From Candidatus Dojkabacteria bacterium (GTDB lineage: Bacteria > Patescibacteriota > Dojkabacteria > B142 > OLB20): a DNA stretch of 64,000 nt. Under the pieces are notes generated by a model. The model was not told where the DNA came from. It did no database searches and saw nothing but the letters and a program-made list of their open reading frames with translations. The position numbers and the translations under genes were made by a program. Shown here one piece after another: positions 9,696-19,253 of this stretch. The first letter of the stretch is position 1. The number at the start of each line of letters is the position of its first letter. The stretch covers positions 130 through 64,129 of the forward strand of contig JBHHUN010000006.1 in assembly GCA_046753765.1 (NCBI GenBank), written 5' to 3'.

Positions 9696-10502
9696 ATGAG
9701 AATACTGTTTATTGGGGATGTATCCGGCAGACCAGGACGAGAAATGGTCGGTAGGGTACTCCCTAAACTCAAAAAACAGAAGAAGATTGATCTGGTTATT
9801 GCAAACGCAGAAAATTCTGCTGGTGGAATCGGTATCACAATCCCAATGCTTACCGAGCTTCAAGGTTACGGTGTCGACTTCTTCACCTCAGGAGACCACG
9901 TTTGGAAAGATAGAGAGTTCATTGAAGAGCTGAACGATGCAAACCTGCCACTTGTTAGACCGCTGAATTACGAGGCGCAGGAGCAATTGCCCGGTAAGGG
10001 ATACGACATAATTGATATGGGCAGCAAGGGTAGGGTAGTAGTAACCAATTTTCTTGGCCAGACATTTATGAACCAGCCTGTTAGAAATCCTTTTTGGAGA
10101 GCAGATGAGCTAATGCAGGAGCTTGAAGAGCAGGGGATAAATAGTGAGAAAGATGTAATACTGATAGATTTTCATGCAGAGGCTACCGCAGAGAAGATTT
10201 CGTTTGGATACTACTTGAGTGATAAGGTGACGGCCGTGCTTGGTACACACACACATGTACCAACCTCTGACGAGAGGCTTGTTAATGGTATGGCCTACGT
10301 CACTGATGTAGGAATGGTTGGGCCGCTGGATGCGTCGCTGTGGGCCGACTTTGAGAATATTGTCCATAACTTCAAATTCCCTTTCAAGCGTAGAATGAAG
10401 ATGAAAAAGAACGGAAGAATCGTTTTTAACTCAGTGTTAATTGAAACCAAAAAGGGTGAGGCAGTCAGCATAGAACGGATCGATAAGATCGATGAAGTGT
10501 AA
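9696..10502 (+). CDS. YmdB-like metallophosphoesterase (TIGR00282 family)
   Basis: MRILFIGDVSGRPGRE...DLVIANAENSAGGIGIT...FTSGDHVWK, characteristic of the YmdB 2',3'-cyclic-nucleotide phosphodiesterase family. Confidence 0.8.
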   Translation: MRILFIGDVSGRPGREMVGRVLPKLKKQKKIDLVIANAENSAGGIGITIPMLTELQGYGVDFFTSGDHVWKDREFIEELNDANLPLVRPLNYEAQEQLPGKGYDIIDMGSKGRVVVTNFLGQTFMNQPVRNPFWRADELMQELEEQGINSEKDVILIDFHAEATAEKISFGYYLSDKVTAVLGTHTHVPTSDERLVNGMAYVTDVGMVGPLDASLWADFENIVHNFKFPFKRRMKMKKNGRIVFNSVLIETKKGEAVSIERIDKIDEV

Positions 10503-10730
10503 CTTTCTTAGTTTTCTTTGTTCCAACCCCGTCTTCACTTACTAGGCAAGTGATCTAGCAGTTCCCCCTTGTGGGTGATAGCATCCGGCTGCGTACCGTC
10601 GAAAACGCCTATAGATTAATGCATACAAAGGAGACCTTCCAAACTAAAGTAAGTTATATTTACGGTTTTGAGATAGGAGGACTCTATTAAGAATGTAACC
10701 GTCCGATCACCCTATATATTAGGCGAATAC

Positions 10731-10760
10731 TTGACATTTTGAGTGTCCAGACCCTATACT
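10731..10760 (+). promoter_or_regulatory. Sigma-70-like promoter for the HU gene (TTGACA, 18 nt spacer, TATACT)
   Basis: TTGACA at 10731-10736 and TATACT at 10755-10760, about 50 nt upstream of hup; AAAGGGGGTG ribosome-binding site before ATG 10813. Confidence 0.4.
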
Positions 10761-10812
10761 GAAGCGTTTCCAATATTCTTGAAAAATCCAATAAAGAAAG
10801 GGGGTGTTAAAC

Positions 10813-11088
10813 ATGAACAAAAGTACACTTGTAGACTTTATTGCTAGCAAGACTGGACTTACCAAGAAAGCTGCAGCCGACGCGCTGGAAGCATTCATGG
10901 AAGCAGTTATGAGCAATGTTGCAAAGGGTGATTCAGTTACCCTAACAGGCTTCGGTACCTTCAGATCTAGCGCTAGAGCAGCCAGGACCGGACGTAACCC
11001 ACAGACCGGTGAGACAATCAAAATTCCAGCAAGGACAGTTCCAGTATTCAGACCAGGTAAAGAGTTTAAGGATATGGTAAGAGGCTAA
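10813..11088 (+). CDS. hup: HU-family DNA-binding protein
   Basis: MNKSTLVDFIASKTGLTKKAAADALEAF...GFGTFRSSARAARTGRNPQTGETIKIPARTVPVFRPGKEFKD; ribosome-binding site upstream of ATG 10813. Confidence 0.85.
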   Translation: MNKSTLVDFIASKTGLTKKAAADALEAFMEAVMSNVAKGDSVTLTGFGTFRSSARAARTGRNPQTGETIKIPARTVPVFRPGKEFKDMVRG

Positions 11089-11118
11089 TCTTGTGGTAAA
11101 ACATGAAGTTTAAGAAAA

Positions 11119-11147
11119 CCCTGCACGTTCGCAGGGTTTTTCGTTTT
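11119..11147 (+). terminator. Rho-independent terminator after hup
   Basis: CCCTGC-ACGTTC-GCAGGG hairpin followed by TTTTTCGTTTT. Confidence 0.5.
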
Positions 11148-11157
11148 ACGCTATATT

Positions 11158-12396
11158 GTGTGCATGAGAAAGTTCTTTACGAAACCGGGGAGCAGGAAGA
11201 TTTACTTCTTTCTATTGGTAGTTTTCCTCTGGATTGCAGCTGACACAATATTTGCCTATACACTTCCAGTCATTGTTGAAGATCGCTTTGATGACCTTGC
11301 GTTGGTCGGACTCTTGATAAGTCTTGGTGCAGTAGTAGGGATTGTAGTGGATCTTCTGGCAGGCTCGAAGCTTGTAGGGAGTAACTACTCCTTTTTTATT
11401 ATCTCGGGACTTGTAACAAGCTTGCTTGTTGCGGTTTTGTATAGGTTTGAGCACCCCGTCTTCTCTGTCCTTATGATTTTCACTGGAGGAGTTTACTCAG
11501 AGCTTCTAAATTTTGGTAGAGAGGGATTCTTATCAAAGGAATTTAAGAAAGAGGAGCACACAAAGATGGCAGGACTACTGGTGATGGTTGGATCCGTTGC
11601 TGCGCTTGGTGTTCCGCTATTCGTTACAGACGCAATTGAGAAGGCCAGCTTTCACGTGCCTTTTATTATGTTTGCCGTGTTAATGCTTCTCGCACTTGTT
11701 ACCTTCGTCTTTCTCAAGCCCAAACCCGAAGAACAGAAGAAAGTGAAGTTTCTCCATCCGATATCTATTGTTACTGAACTTAAAATCTGGGAGAAGCTTT
11801 CAGAAAAAACGGCATATATCTTAGTAATGATGATAATGGTATCAGTAATTGATGCTGTTTTCTGGACCACAGGTGCACTGTTAGCCATAGAGCTGATCTC
11901 GCAAAATGAAGCTGCGAAGTTCCTCATCCCTGTATTTATTCTTCCTGGATTGTTCGCTCCTTTTTACACTCCAAAGCTTTCAAAGCTGTTTGGAGAGAAG
12001 AGGGCGCTCATACTCTCGTTTATGTTGATGGGGGGATTTCTGATCGGATTTAACTTCACTGATAATGTGTTTGTAATTCTTATCTTGACAGCGCTTAGCA
12101 GCACCTTTATTTCATCCACGTACACGCTTATTGAAGGGACTCTCGCTCACCTGATAAACAGGCTCAGGGAGGATGGGAACCATATGATCAGCCTTCGGGG
12201 GATGACAGCTGACATTGGATACATCATTGGCCCCATACTTGCAGGACTGATCGCAAGCCAGTTAGGGCTGAAGGAGGGATACGTTGTAATCGGTATCCTC
12301 ATTGTATTAATTGGTATTGTCTTGATGATCTTTACCCAACGCGACATCCGTCTTCCACGCAAGGAGATTGATTGTCTCGAGAATGAAGCCGGGTAG
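11158..12396 (+). CDS. MFS-type transporter (about 12 TM helices)
   Basis: 412 aa, hydrophobic throughout, MFS-like two-halves organisation. Confidence 0.65.
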   Translation: MCMRKFFTKPGSRKIYFFLLVVFLWIAADTIFAYTLPVIVEDRFDDLALVGLLISLGAVVGIVVDLLAGSKLVGSNYSFFIISGLVTSLLVAVLYRFEHPVFSVLMIFTGGVYSELLNFGREGFLSKEFKKEEHTKMAGLLVMVGSVAALGVPLFVTDAIEKASFHVPFIMFAVLMLLALVTFVFLKPKPEEQKKVKFLHPISIVTELKIWEKLSEKTAYILVMMIMVSVIDAVFWTTGALLAIELISQNEAAKFLIPVFILPGLFAPFYTPKLSKLFGEKRALILSFMLMGGFLIGFNFTDNVFVILILTALSSTFISSTYTLIEGTLAHLINRLREDGNHMISLRGMTADIGYIIGPILAGLIASQLGLKEGYVVIGILIVLIGIVLMIFTQRDIRLPRKEIDCLENEAG

Positions 12397-12423
12397 CCTT
12401 GTGGGTGATATAATTGTTGGCCC

Positions 12424-13494
12424 ATGAAGATTCTCAAACTCACGCCAAAATCCGAAGATGATGTGCTAACAGAGGCACTGAAAGTTCTCCATAGAGGAGG
12501 ATTGATTGTGTTTCCCACCGAGACGGCTTATGGTGCTGGTGTGCTTGCAACATCCAGGGGAGGGGTATCAAAGCTTCTGGATTTCAAAAGGCGTCCCCCT
12601 GGAAAGGCTATCTCTGTTGCTGTTTCAACCGAAAAGATGGCTGGTGAGTATGTTAAGTTAAACAGCGAGGCAAAGGAGATATACAAGAAGTTTTTGCCCG
12701 GCCCGGTGACAGTTATCTCCAAAAACAGAGGGGTTGTTGATGTCAGGCTCATTTCTGAGCGAAAGACACTGGGGATCCGCATCCCTGACCATGATTTTGT
12801 ATTGAGGCTAATTCGTAAACTGGGGGAGGGGATCACTGCAACCTCTGCGAACACTCACGGAAGAAAAACGCCGTATAGTATTGAAGATATTCTTAATAAT
12901 ACTTCTAAAAAGCAGCAGAAACTGATTGACCTCATTATCGATGCCGGAGAGCTTGAAAAGACCCCGACATCAACAGTAATTGATACCACAAGGCATGGCA
13001 TGCAGGTCATCCGATCAGGTGGGGTAGATATCGGAAATCTGGTTTACCAAAAGAAGATCGATTCGGGGGGAGAGATGCAGCTTGAGGGGGAGAAGTTGGT
13101 GAAAAGCAAGATTTTGGAGATAAAAAGGAAAAGTTTGATAGTGCTTTTTAACGGCGAGCTCGGGACAGGGAAAACTCAATTTACAAAAGGTGTCGCCAAG
13201 GGACTTGGAATTAGTGAGATAGTGAATTCTCCTACGTATTCCATAATTAATGAATATGAGTACTCAGGTGGGATACTTGTGCATATGGATGCGTGGAGAC
13301 TTGAGAGCTTTGAAGAGTTTTTGCAGTTGGATATTGCAAGCTATATTAAACCGGGGAATGTGATTGCAGTGGAATGGTCTGGTTCGACTGAAGAGTTTTT
13401 CAAGAAATATAGGGAAGATGAAAAGGTCGATCTGGTTGAGGTTGAGATTAGTTATATCTCGGAAAGTGAGAGAGAGCTTTTAATTTTTGATTGA
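12424..13494 (+). CDS. Fused TsaC/Sua5/YrdC threonylcarbamoyl-AMP synthase and TsaE P-loop protein
   Basis: N-terminal half has the YrdC motifs (VFPTETAYGAGV, KRRPPGKAISVAV, PGPVTVI, ATSANTHG, TPTSTVIDTT); C-terminal half has the TsaE/YjeE motifs (LFNGELGTGKTQFTKGVAKGLGI, SPTYSIINEYEY, HMDAWRLES, IAVEWS). Confidence 0.8.
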   Translation: MKILKLTPKSEDDVLTEALKVLHRGGLIVFPTETAYGAGVLATSRGGVSKLLDFKRRPPGKAISVAVSTEKMAGEYVKLNSEAKEIYKKFLPGPVTVISKNRGVVDVRLISERKTLGIRIPDHDFVLRLIRKLGEGITATSANTHGRKTPYSIEDILNNTSKKQQKLIDLIIDAGELEKTPTSTVIDTTRHGMQVIRSGGVDIGNLVYQKKIDSGGEMQLEGEKLVKSKILEIKRKSLIVLFNGELGTGKTQFTKGVAKGLGISEIVNSPTYSIINEYEYSGGILVHMDAWRLESFEEFLQLDIASYIKPGNVIAVEWSGSTEEFFKKYREDEKVDLVEVEISYISESERELLIFD

Positions 13495-13529
13495 TTATGT
13501 CGTTTTGACTGAGGGTTTTACCTTGTGAG

Positions 13530-14651
13530 GTGGCAATAAATTCGATGAACAGTGAACTCGGAAAACTGATAGTTTTGGCGATTGATACATCCTGTGATGA
13601 TACTTCTGTCGCAGTTGTACAGGGTGCGCGTGTGCTTTCTAATGTCATCTCTTCGCAGGATGAGATCCATGGAGAGTGGGGTGGGGTAGTACCAGATTTA
13701 GCCAGAAGAGCTCACAACGAGAGGATTGATGCAGTGATCGAGCAGGCGCTGACGAGAGCCTCACGTAATTCGGGAGAGAAGATAAATTTCGAAACCATTG
13801 ATGCTATTGCTGCTACATACGGTCCCGGTCTGGCGATAGCTCTTGAGGTGGGGTTAAAGAAAGCACAGGCACTTGCTAGCGAGCATGGATTGCCCTTTGT
13901 AGCAGTTAACCACATGGAAGGGCATCTCCTGTCTGCGCTTGCACAAAACTCCAGGGGTAGTGGCCAAATTAGGGTAGAGGACCTTAGATTTCCGCTCCTT
14001 GGACTGCTGATTTCAGGGGGGCATACGGAGATCGTTTTGATGAAGAGTTTTGGCGACTATGAAATTGTTGCTCAGACTCTAGATGACGCTGTTGGTGAGG
14101 CTTACGATAAGGTTGCGAGGATGCTGGGGTTGGGGTACCCCGGTGGTAAAGTGCTTAGTGAGATGGCCAAGCTAGTTTCAGAGAAACTAGCTCGGCCAGA
14201 CGAGATGTATGCTCTTCCTATTCCTCTCAACAATGACGACAGGCTTGCGTTCAGCTACTCGGGGCTTAAAACGGCAGTGTATTACAAAGTGAAGCAGCTT
14301 AAGGAGAGTGCGGGAGGGCTTACAAAAAAACAGATCCACAACTTTGCAGCGTCATTTGAAAAGGCAGCAATCAGTCATCTACAGCAAAAGCTTTCAATGG
14401 CGATTGAGAAGTTTCAGCCAAAGATGATCCTGGTTGGAGGGGGCGTTGCTTCAAGTGCTAAGGTGAGGGCTGGTCTTAGAAAGGTCGCCAAAAACCTCGA
14501 GCTGCCGATATTCTTCCCTTCAAACAACAAATTGTATGTAGATAATGCTGCGATGATAGGTGTTGCTGGCTACTTCAAATTAGTAAGAGGAGAGCTTGCG
14601 CGCTCCAGTATCGATCGTGATCCGCGGGCTTCGATCTCAAAAGCGGCTTAG
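13530..14651 (+). CDS. tsaD: tRNA N6-adenosine threonylcarbamoyltransferase TsaD (Kae1/Gcp family)
   Basis: LAIDTSCDDTSVAVV, HMEGHLLSAL and GGGVASSAKVR motifs; t6A operon context. Confidence 0.85.
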   Translation: MAINSMNSELGKLIVLAIDTSCDDTSVAVVQGARVLSNVISSQDEIHGEWGGVVPDLARRAHNERIDAVIEQALTRASRNSGEKINFETIDAIAATYGPGLAIALEVGLKKAQALASEHGLPFVAVNHMEGHLLSALAQNSRGSGQIRVEDLRFPLLGLLISGGHTEIVLMKSFGDYEIVAQTLDDAVGEAYDKVARMLGLGYPGGKVLSEMAKLVSEKLARPDEMYALPIPLNNDDRLAFSYSGLKTAVYYKVKQLKESAGGLTKKQIHNFAASFEKAAISHLQQKLSMAIEKFQPKMILVGGGVASSAKVRAGLRKVAKNLELPIFFPSNNKLYVDNAAMIGVAGYFKLVRGELARSSIDRDPRASISKAA

Positions 14652-14811
14652 AGCAGCTAGTTGTTTGGGTTTATCTGAATATGGCTTCTTATTATAGTAT
14701 CCTATTATTCGGACAAAGCCGGCTACACCTGGTAGGTAGGTGTTTATGTTGGCGGTTATTGGCGCCATATGAGTGTTTGTGATTTCGAGAAAACAGCATT
14801 TTATGGTATAT

Positions 14812-15138
14812 TTATATAGTGACTAAATACATAAATATATGCTCTTTAAATGGGAATAATAGATGAATATAGGTCTCTGCACAGTTTTGCAGCATCGTGT
14901 ATTTATCCCCACACAAGTATGATCCGCAGCGCTTAGTGGTGCTCTTAAGGCTTTGCCTTAATGGCGTCACTGAGATATGCGCGTATGCGTTATCTTTATC
15001 CACCTGTTTAATTGGGTGGAGATCTTTAACAAGGGAATAGTATTCAAATAGGTTCCCCGTATCATGATATTCACCTTTTGGTGTTATCAGTAGACGGGGA
15101 ATCTCGTCTTGACAGTTACATAAAGGAGCAGGAATCAT
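14812..15138 (-). CDS. Small Cys-rich hypothetical protein (uncertain ORF)
   Basis: MIPAPLCNCQDEI...RCGSYLCGDK...; starts on the CATG palindrome shared with the + gene at 15137; no SD. Confidence 0.2.
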   Translation of the reverse strand: MIPAPLCNCQDEIPRLLITPKGEYHDTGNLFEYYSLVKDLHPIKQVDKDNAYAHISVTPLRQSLKSTTKRCGSYLCGDKYTMLQNCAETYIHLLFPFKEHIFMYLVTI

Positions 15139-15967
15139 GGGTAACGACGCAATTAGGAGAATGGACAGGGTAGTCCATCGCTGGGTATATCTTGGCGTGC
15201 TCGCCATCGTCGTCGTTGTTGGCATTGTTGCTATGGTTCAACATGAGCGTGGCCTTCAACAGGTTCGAGAGTGTGAAGAGCTTCTCAACACCAGGTTTTA
15301 CGGGTACATAGTAGAGGCTCGAGGGGAATGCAGTTCGCACCCCAACCTCTCTGAGGTTGCTGGAGCATTAGGTCTCCAACTTCGAGAGTTGCAGGAGAGG
15401 GTATCAAATACCATACACTCAGTCGAAACCAATGAGGTCGGCCCTGTTCAGGTGGTAGTGCCGTTAAATAAAGAGTCGGTTCACTTCTGGATCGAGTTCG
15501 TTCGCTCCTTCGATGGCGCTTTGAGTGTTCTAGGGCCAATAGAGCTGCCAGAAGGATGCCCGCCAGCGATTGAACTGGATGAAGGCATGGTCATAATCAC
15601 GCACAAGCTGGGCTGTTTTTCGCCCATTATCGTGCCGGAACAGGAGGGCTACCACGTCGTAGGCCTTATCCCGCTCGGAGACGAACAGGTGCAGGCTCGA
15701 AACTTGAGTACTGGTAGTATCCTCGCTATGGATCAAGTCCTCACTGTTGGTCAACTCCATGGTGAATGGATACTCGAACCGACTGGGGAACAGGAAGTCC
15801 TTGAGGCATTATTCTTTGTCTCGGAGAACTTGGATTTTGAGAACATGTCCGCAGAGTATACTGCGTGCATGATGCTTCTTGAGTTTCAAGCAACTGATAG
15901 GTGTTCGGTTTATCCGACCCTTCAGCCTCCCAACGACCTACCGACGGCTACTTCAGAACCGGAGTAG
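15137..15967 (+). CDS. Hypothetical membrane-anchored protein (orphan)
   Basis: Strong ribosome-binding site AAAGGAG 7 nt upstream; N-terminal TM (VYLGVLAIVVVVGIVAMV); no recognisable domain; local GC looks higher than in flanking genes. Confidence 0.45.
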   Translation: MGNDAIRRMDRVVHRWVYLGVLAIVVVVGIVAMVQHERGLQQVRECEELLNTRFYGYIVEARGECSSHPNLSEVAGALGLQLRELQERVSNTIHSVETNEVGPVQVVVPLNKESVHFWIEFVRSFDGALSVLGPIELPEGCPPAIELDEGMVIITHKLGCFSPIIVPEQEGYHVVGLIPLGDEQVQARNLSTGSILAMDQVLTVGQLHGEWILEPTGEQEVLEALFFVSENLDFENMSAEYTACMMLLEFQATDRCSVYPTLQPPNDLPTATSEPE

Positions 15968-16099
15968 CCCGCTGTCATCAAAGCAAAGGGAAAAGTCTTC
16001 ATGTTTCATACTGAGGACTTCGGGTTTACGCCCAATTGGCTCACGCCAATCCCCTCAGTTAGAATGCTATTCCCCTTTGTTTTTTCCTGATAATTACTA

Positions 16100-17464
16100 T
16101 TAAGGAGTGAGTGTATTGGTGGCGTGTCTGAATGCATTTACAACAACATTCAGCATACCGTCCGGCTGTGGTAGTCTACCACTTAGAACATCAGCGTAAT
16201 CTACAGCTGCCGCTTCATAGATTTTTGGTGTTAGTGAGGCCAGAATTATAGCCTTTTGAAGCTCTCCAAGGTCTTTATACTCTGCGACCAACTTACCTCT
16301 CCTCCGACTTATCCTGCCTCCAAGACCTTGTTGACGAAGTCCGTTTGCCGAGAGCGCAGGAGCAATAGATCTGTTTTGTGCAGCAATGAACTGAGTTGCT
16401 TTCCTTTGAGCATCAGGTGTTGAAAGTACATGAGCGACTACTTCTGGAGTCAGCAACATAGCTCCAGTACTACCAGTTTGGCCTGCACTGAAGTTGTCGT
16501 CCATTTGTCCAAACGCGTTTTGTAGAGAATTCTTTGCGGATCGTAACCTAAAACCAAATATACCCTTTGGTGTCCTGGCGGGCGAAGTTGCGTCAGCAGC
16601 GGGTATCAATTGCTCAAAAGCACCACCTGTTTGTATATCTCGATCTACTTGGTTTAAGAAGGCCACAGCAGCTGAAAATCCAAAAGCACTCAACACATTT
16701 CTGAAGGGTCCATTATATCTATGTACGTCAGATCCAAACATGCCAAGAGTGAAAGCTTCAGAGCAAGGGTTGTCGGTATCGTTTGAATCTAATACATTGC
16801 CAAGCAATGCATGGGCATAAAGCCCAGGCATACGGCCTGTGTCGACAGGAGCACATTTATTGAAGATAGGGGCTGTGTTTACCAATTGGTTTACCGCTGC
16901 ATTGGATTCCGTGAGTTCTCCCCTGAAACTTTTATAGTAGCCTAGAGCTATTGCGAGCTTGATAGTGTTTTCATACGTTGGAGCTTGCCCTGTCTCTATT
17001 GCTGTTAACTCTGTCTGCGTCTGCCTTAGAATATAGTTAGTGACTGTAGGAATCCTAAAGGCTAAGTTCCTGTATATCGTAAGTTCGGCGGCAGTAATCC
17101 ACGCCTGCCACATTCCTGCACCCTGTTGATATGCCTGAAGTTTGGACAGGTTCTCTATAGCACCTGCTTCATCAAAATCACCGTGCCTTTCCAGATGTCG
17201 TTGAGCTGCTAATCGAGCTTGAAAGCCAATATCCTCCTTTTTCTGCAGTTCATGCACCGCCTCCAGAGGAATATGCTGTGAGAAGACAAGCTGTGTTGCA
17301 ACTTCAAGATCCCATGTACCGATACCTTCAGTTCCTGTAAGAAGCCCAACTTGTTTCTCACGTTGCAAATCCGTAGCAGCATCCAGTGCCTCCGGAAACG
17401 CCGTTGATTCACGAGCGTCTGTAAGGACAGCCAATTCATGTCTTCTTCCTCGTAAAAGATCCAT
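16100..17464 (-). CDS. Hypothetical protein, 454 aa (orphan, Ala/Gln/Gly-rich)
   Basis: Long uninterrupted ORF with no motif I can recognise; convergent with 15137..15967. Confidence 0.5.
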   Translation of the reverse strand: MDLLRGRRHELAVLTDARESTAFPEALDAATDLQREKQVGLLTGTEGIGTWDLEVATQLVFSQHIPLEAVHELQKKEDIGFQARLAAQRHLERHGDFDEAGAIENLSKLQAYQQGAGMWQAWITAAELTIYRNLAFRIPTVTNYILRQTQTELTAIETGQAPTYENTIKLAIALGYYKSFRGELTESNAAVNQLVNTAPIFNKCAPVDTGRMPGLYAHALLGNVLDSNDTDNPCSEAFTLGMFGSDVHRYNGPFRNVLSAFGFSAAVAFLNQVDRDIQTGGAFEQLIPAADATSPARTPKGIFGFRLRSAKNSLQNAFGQMDDNFSAGQTGSTGAMLLTPEVVAHVLSTPDAQRKATQFIAAQNRSIAPALSANGLRQQGLGGRISRRRGKLVAEYKDLGELQKAIILASLTPKIYEAAAVDYADVLSGRLPQPDGMLNVVVNAFRHATNTLTP

Positions 17465-17565
17465 AATGAAACAGTTCTTAAATCTAAAGATATATGACCG
17501 GATTATATAGGCGGTGTATATGTTTTGTCAACTTGAGGTGTAACCAAAGTCTTGTTTAAGTAGAG

Positions 17566-18945
17566 CTACCTCCCCACAAACTCCCTCCCCATAAACGACC
17601 TCAAAACCTCAGGTACCTTTATCGTTCCATCTGACTGCTGATAGTTGTCCATTATTGAGATTAGCATTCTACCCATAGCGACACCCGTGTCGTTTACTGT
17701 GTGCACATATCGTTTCTTCCCATCCTGCGTCTTATACTTAATATTCATCCGTCGGGCCTGAAAATCGGTGGCATTTGTATCTGTCATGACCTCTATAAAC
17801 TCACCTTGCCCGGCAAGCCATACCTCGGGGTCAACCTGTTTGGCACTGGCGTGGTAACCGGCGTCTCCTGTACATTTAAGTGCGAGTTGGTAGGGGAGCT
17901 TAAGCTCCTGTAACAACCATTCGTTAATCCCAAGCAGCTCATCAAATACCTCGCCGGATTTTTCCGGTGTGGAGACAACATTCATCTCAATCTTGTCAAA
18001 CTGATGCAACCGTTTTATTCCCTTTGTATCTTTTCCCCACGATCCTGCCTCTGACCTGAAGCATGATGTATAAGCAAACAGTTTTATGGGAAGCTCGCTC
18101 TCATCGAGCACTTTGTCCATATAGTAAGAGAAATTCGCTGGCTCACTGGATCCAAGTAAATACAACTGCTGTCCCTCTTCAACAAACTCAGTATCAATTC
18201 TGTATATCTGATCTCGACCCTCTGGAATGTGAGTGGACCCGTAAAGTGCAGGCTCTCTTACTAAAAGAGGAGGGATTATCTGCCTAAATCCTGATGCAAG
18301 CAGCTTATCAAAAAACATCCTCTGAATTGCAAACTGCATGAGAGCAAGATCCCCCAACAGGTAAGTGAATCGCGTCCCTGAGACCTTTGCTGCCTGCTTG
18401 TTATCAATCACTCCTAGGGCCTCTCCAAGATCAAGGTGATGACGGGGCTTATAATCCTGCTTGTCTGCGTGCAGTGGAAAGCGTGGCATGTCGTCTTCGC
18501 TGTTGCCTCTCGCCTTGAGTCCTTCCAGCCTCTCAAGATACCCATTGTCAGGTGTCCAGGCTCTTAGAATTAAATTGTCTTCCTCCCCAGCACCCTCAGG
18601 CATATCACCAAGCGGCATGTTTGGAACCCAATCCAAAATCTCCTGCCACTCCTTCACTATGTCGTCAAGCTCAGCAGCAAGCTTCTGCGAACGCTCCTTA
18701 ACCTCCCGCCCCATAGCCCTGACCTTCTCAATATCTCCACCTTCTTTGCCAATCTTAGCCAGCTCATTTTTCTCGCGGTTAAGCTCATCCTGCGCCGAAA
18801 GAAGCTCACGCCTTTTAGCGTCAAGTTCCAGCCAGCGATCAATATCTGCCTTTTCAGGATCGGATCTTCCGCTCGCTATTACGCGCTTAACCTCATCTGC
18901 ATTGTTTCTTATAAAATCTGAATCCAACATGACTGATAAGTTCAA
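17566..18945 (-). CDS. serS: Seryl-tRNA synthetase
   Basis: N-terminal coiled-coil arm (MLDSDFIRNNADEVKRVI...RELLSAQDELNREKNELAKIGK) and class II catalytic core; T-box leader upstream. Confidence 0.85.
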   Translation of the reverse strand: MNLSVMLDSDFIRNNADEVKRVIASGRSDPEKADIDRWLELDAKRRELLSAQDELNREKNELAKIGKEGGDIEKVRAMGREVKERSQKLAAELDDIVKEWQEILDWVPNMPLGDMPEGAGEEDNLILRAWTPDNGYLERLEGLKARGNSEDDMPRFPLHADKQDYKPRHHLDLGEALGVIDNKQAAKVSGTRFTYLLGDLALMQFAIQRMFFDKLLASGFRQIIPPLLVREPALYGSTHIPEGRDQIYRIDTEFVEEGQQLYLLGSSEPANFSYYMDKVLDESELPIKLFAYTSCFRSEAGSWGKDTKGIKRLHQFDKIEMNVVSTPEKSGEVFDELLGINEWLLQELKLPYQLALKCTGDAGYHASAKQVDPEVWLAGQGEFIEVMTDTNATDFQARRMNIKYKTQDGKKRYVHTVNDTGVAMGRMLISIMDNYQQSDGTIKVPEVLRSFMGREFVGR

Positions 18946-18971
18946 AGATTAAAACTCTAGACTTCTTAAAC

Positions 18972-19250
18972 AAAAAAAGTCCCTATATCTATCTCCGTTC
19001 AGAAACAGATACAAGGACTCTTTCGAGTGGTGCCACCTTTGTTCCGAGCTGATTAAGTGTAACCGGCTCGGCGCTTTACAATACATTATTCAGTTGTCTG
19101 GAATAAACTCTCCACAGGCTTTCTCATTAGTTTGGTTCGCGTACATTTTGGACTTTTAGTAAGCCTTTTCTGTAGAGAAGAGCTTAGGTGAATATTACAT
19201 TAATGACCCCAAAATAGTCAATGGCAAATGCGGTTAACTTGGTGAGATTA
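18972..19250 (-). promoter_or_regulatory. T-box riboswitch leader of serS (candidate UCC specifier, T-box AAAGGUGGCACCACUCG, intrinsic terminator)
   Basis: Minus-strand RNA contains the T-box-like AAAGGUGGCACCACUCG (UGGC would pair with the GCCA end of tRNA-Ser). It is followed immediately by a GAGUCC...GGGACU hairpin and a U7 run (plus 18972-19020). CCGGUUAC (an F-box-like element) lies in an upstream hairpin. UCC followed by A, about 100 nt upstream, is a candidate specifier. Confidence 0.55.
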
Positions 19251-19253
19251 GGA

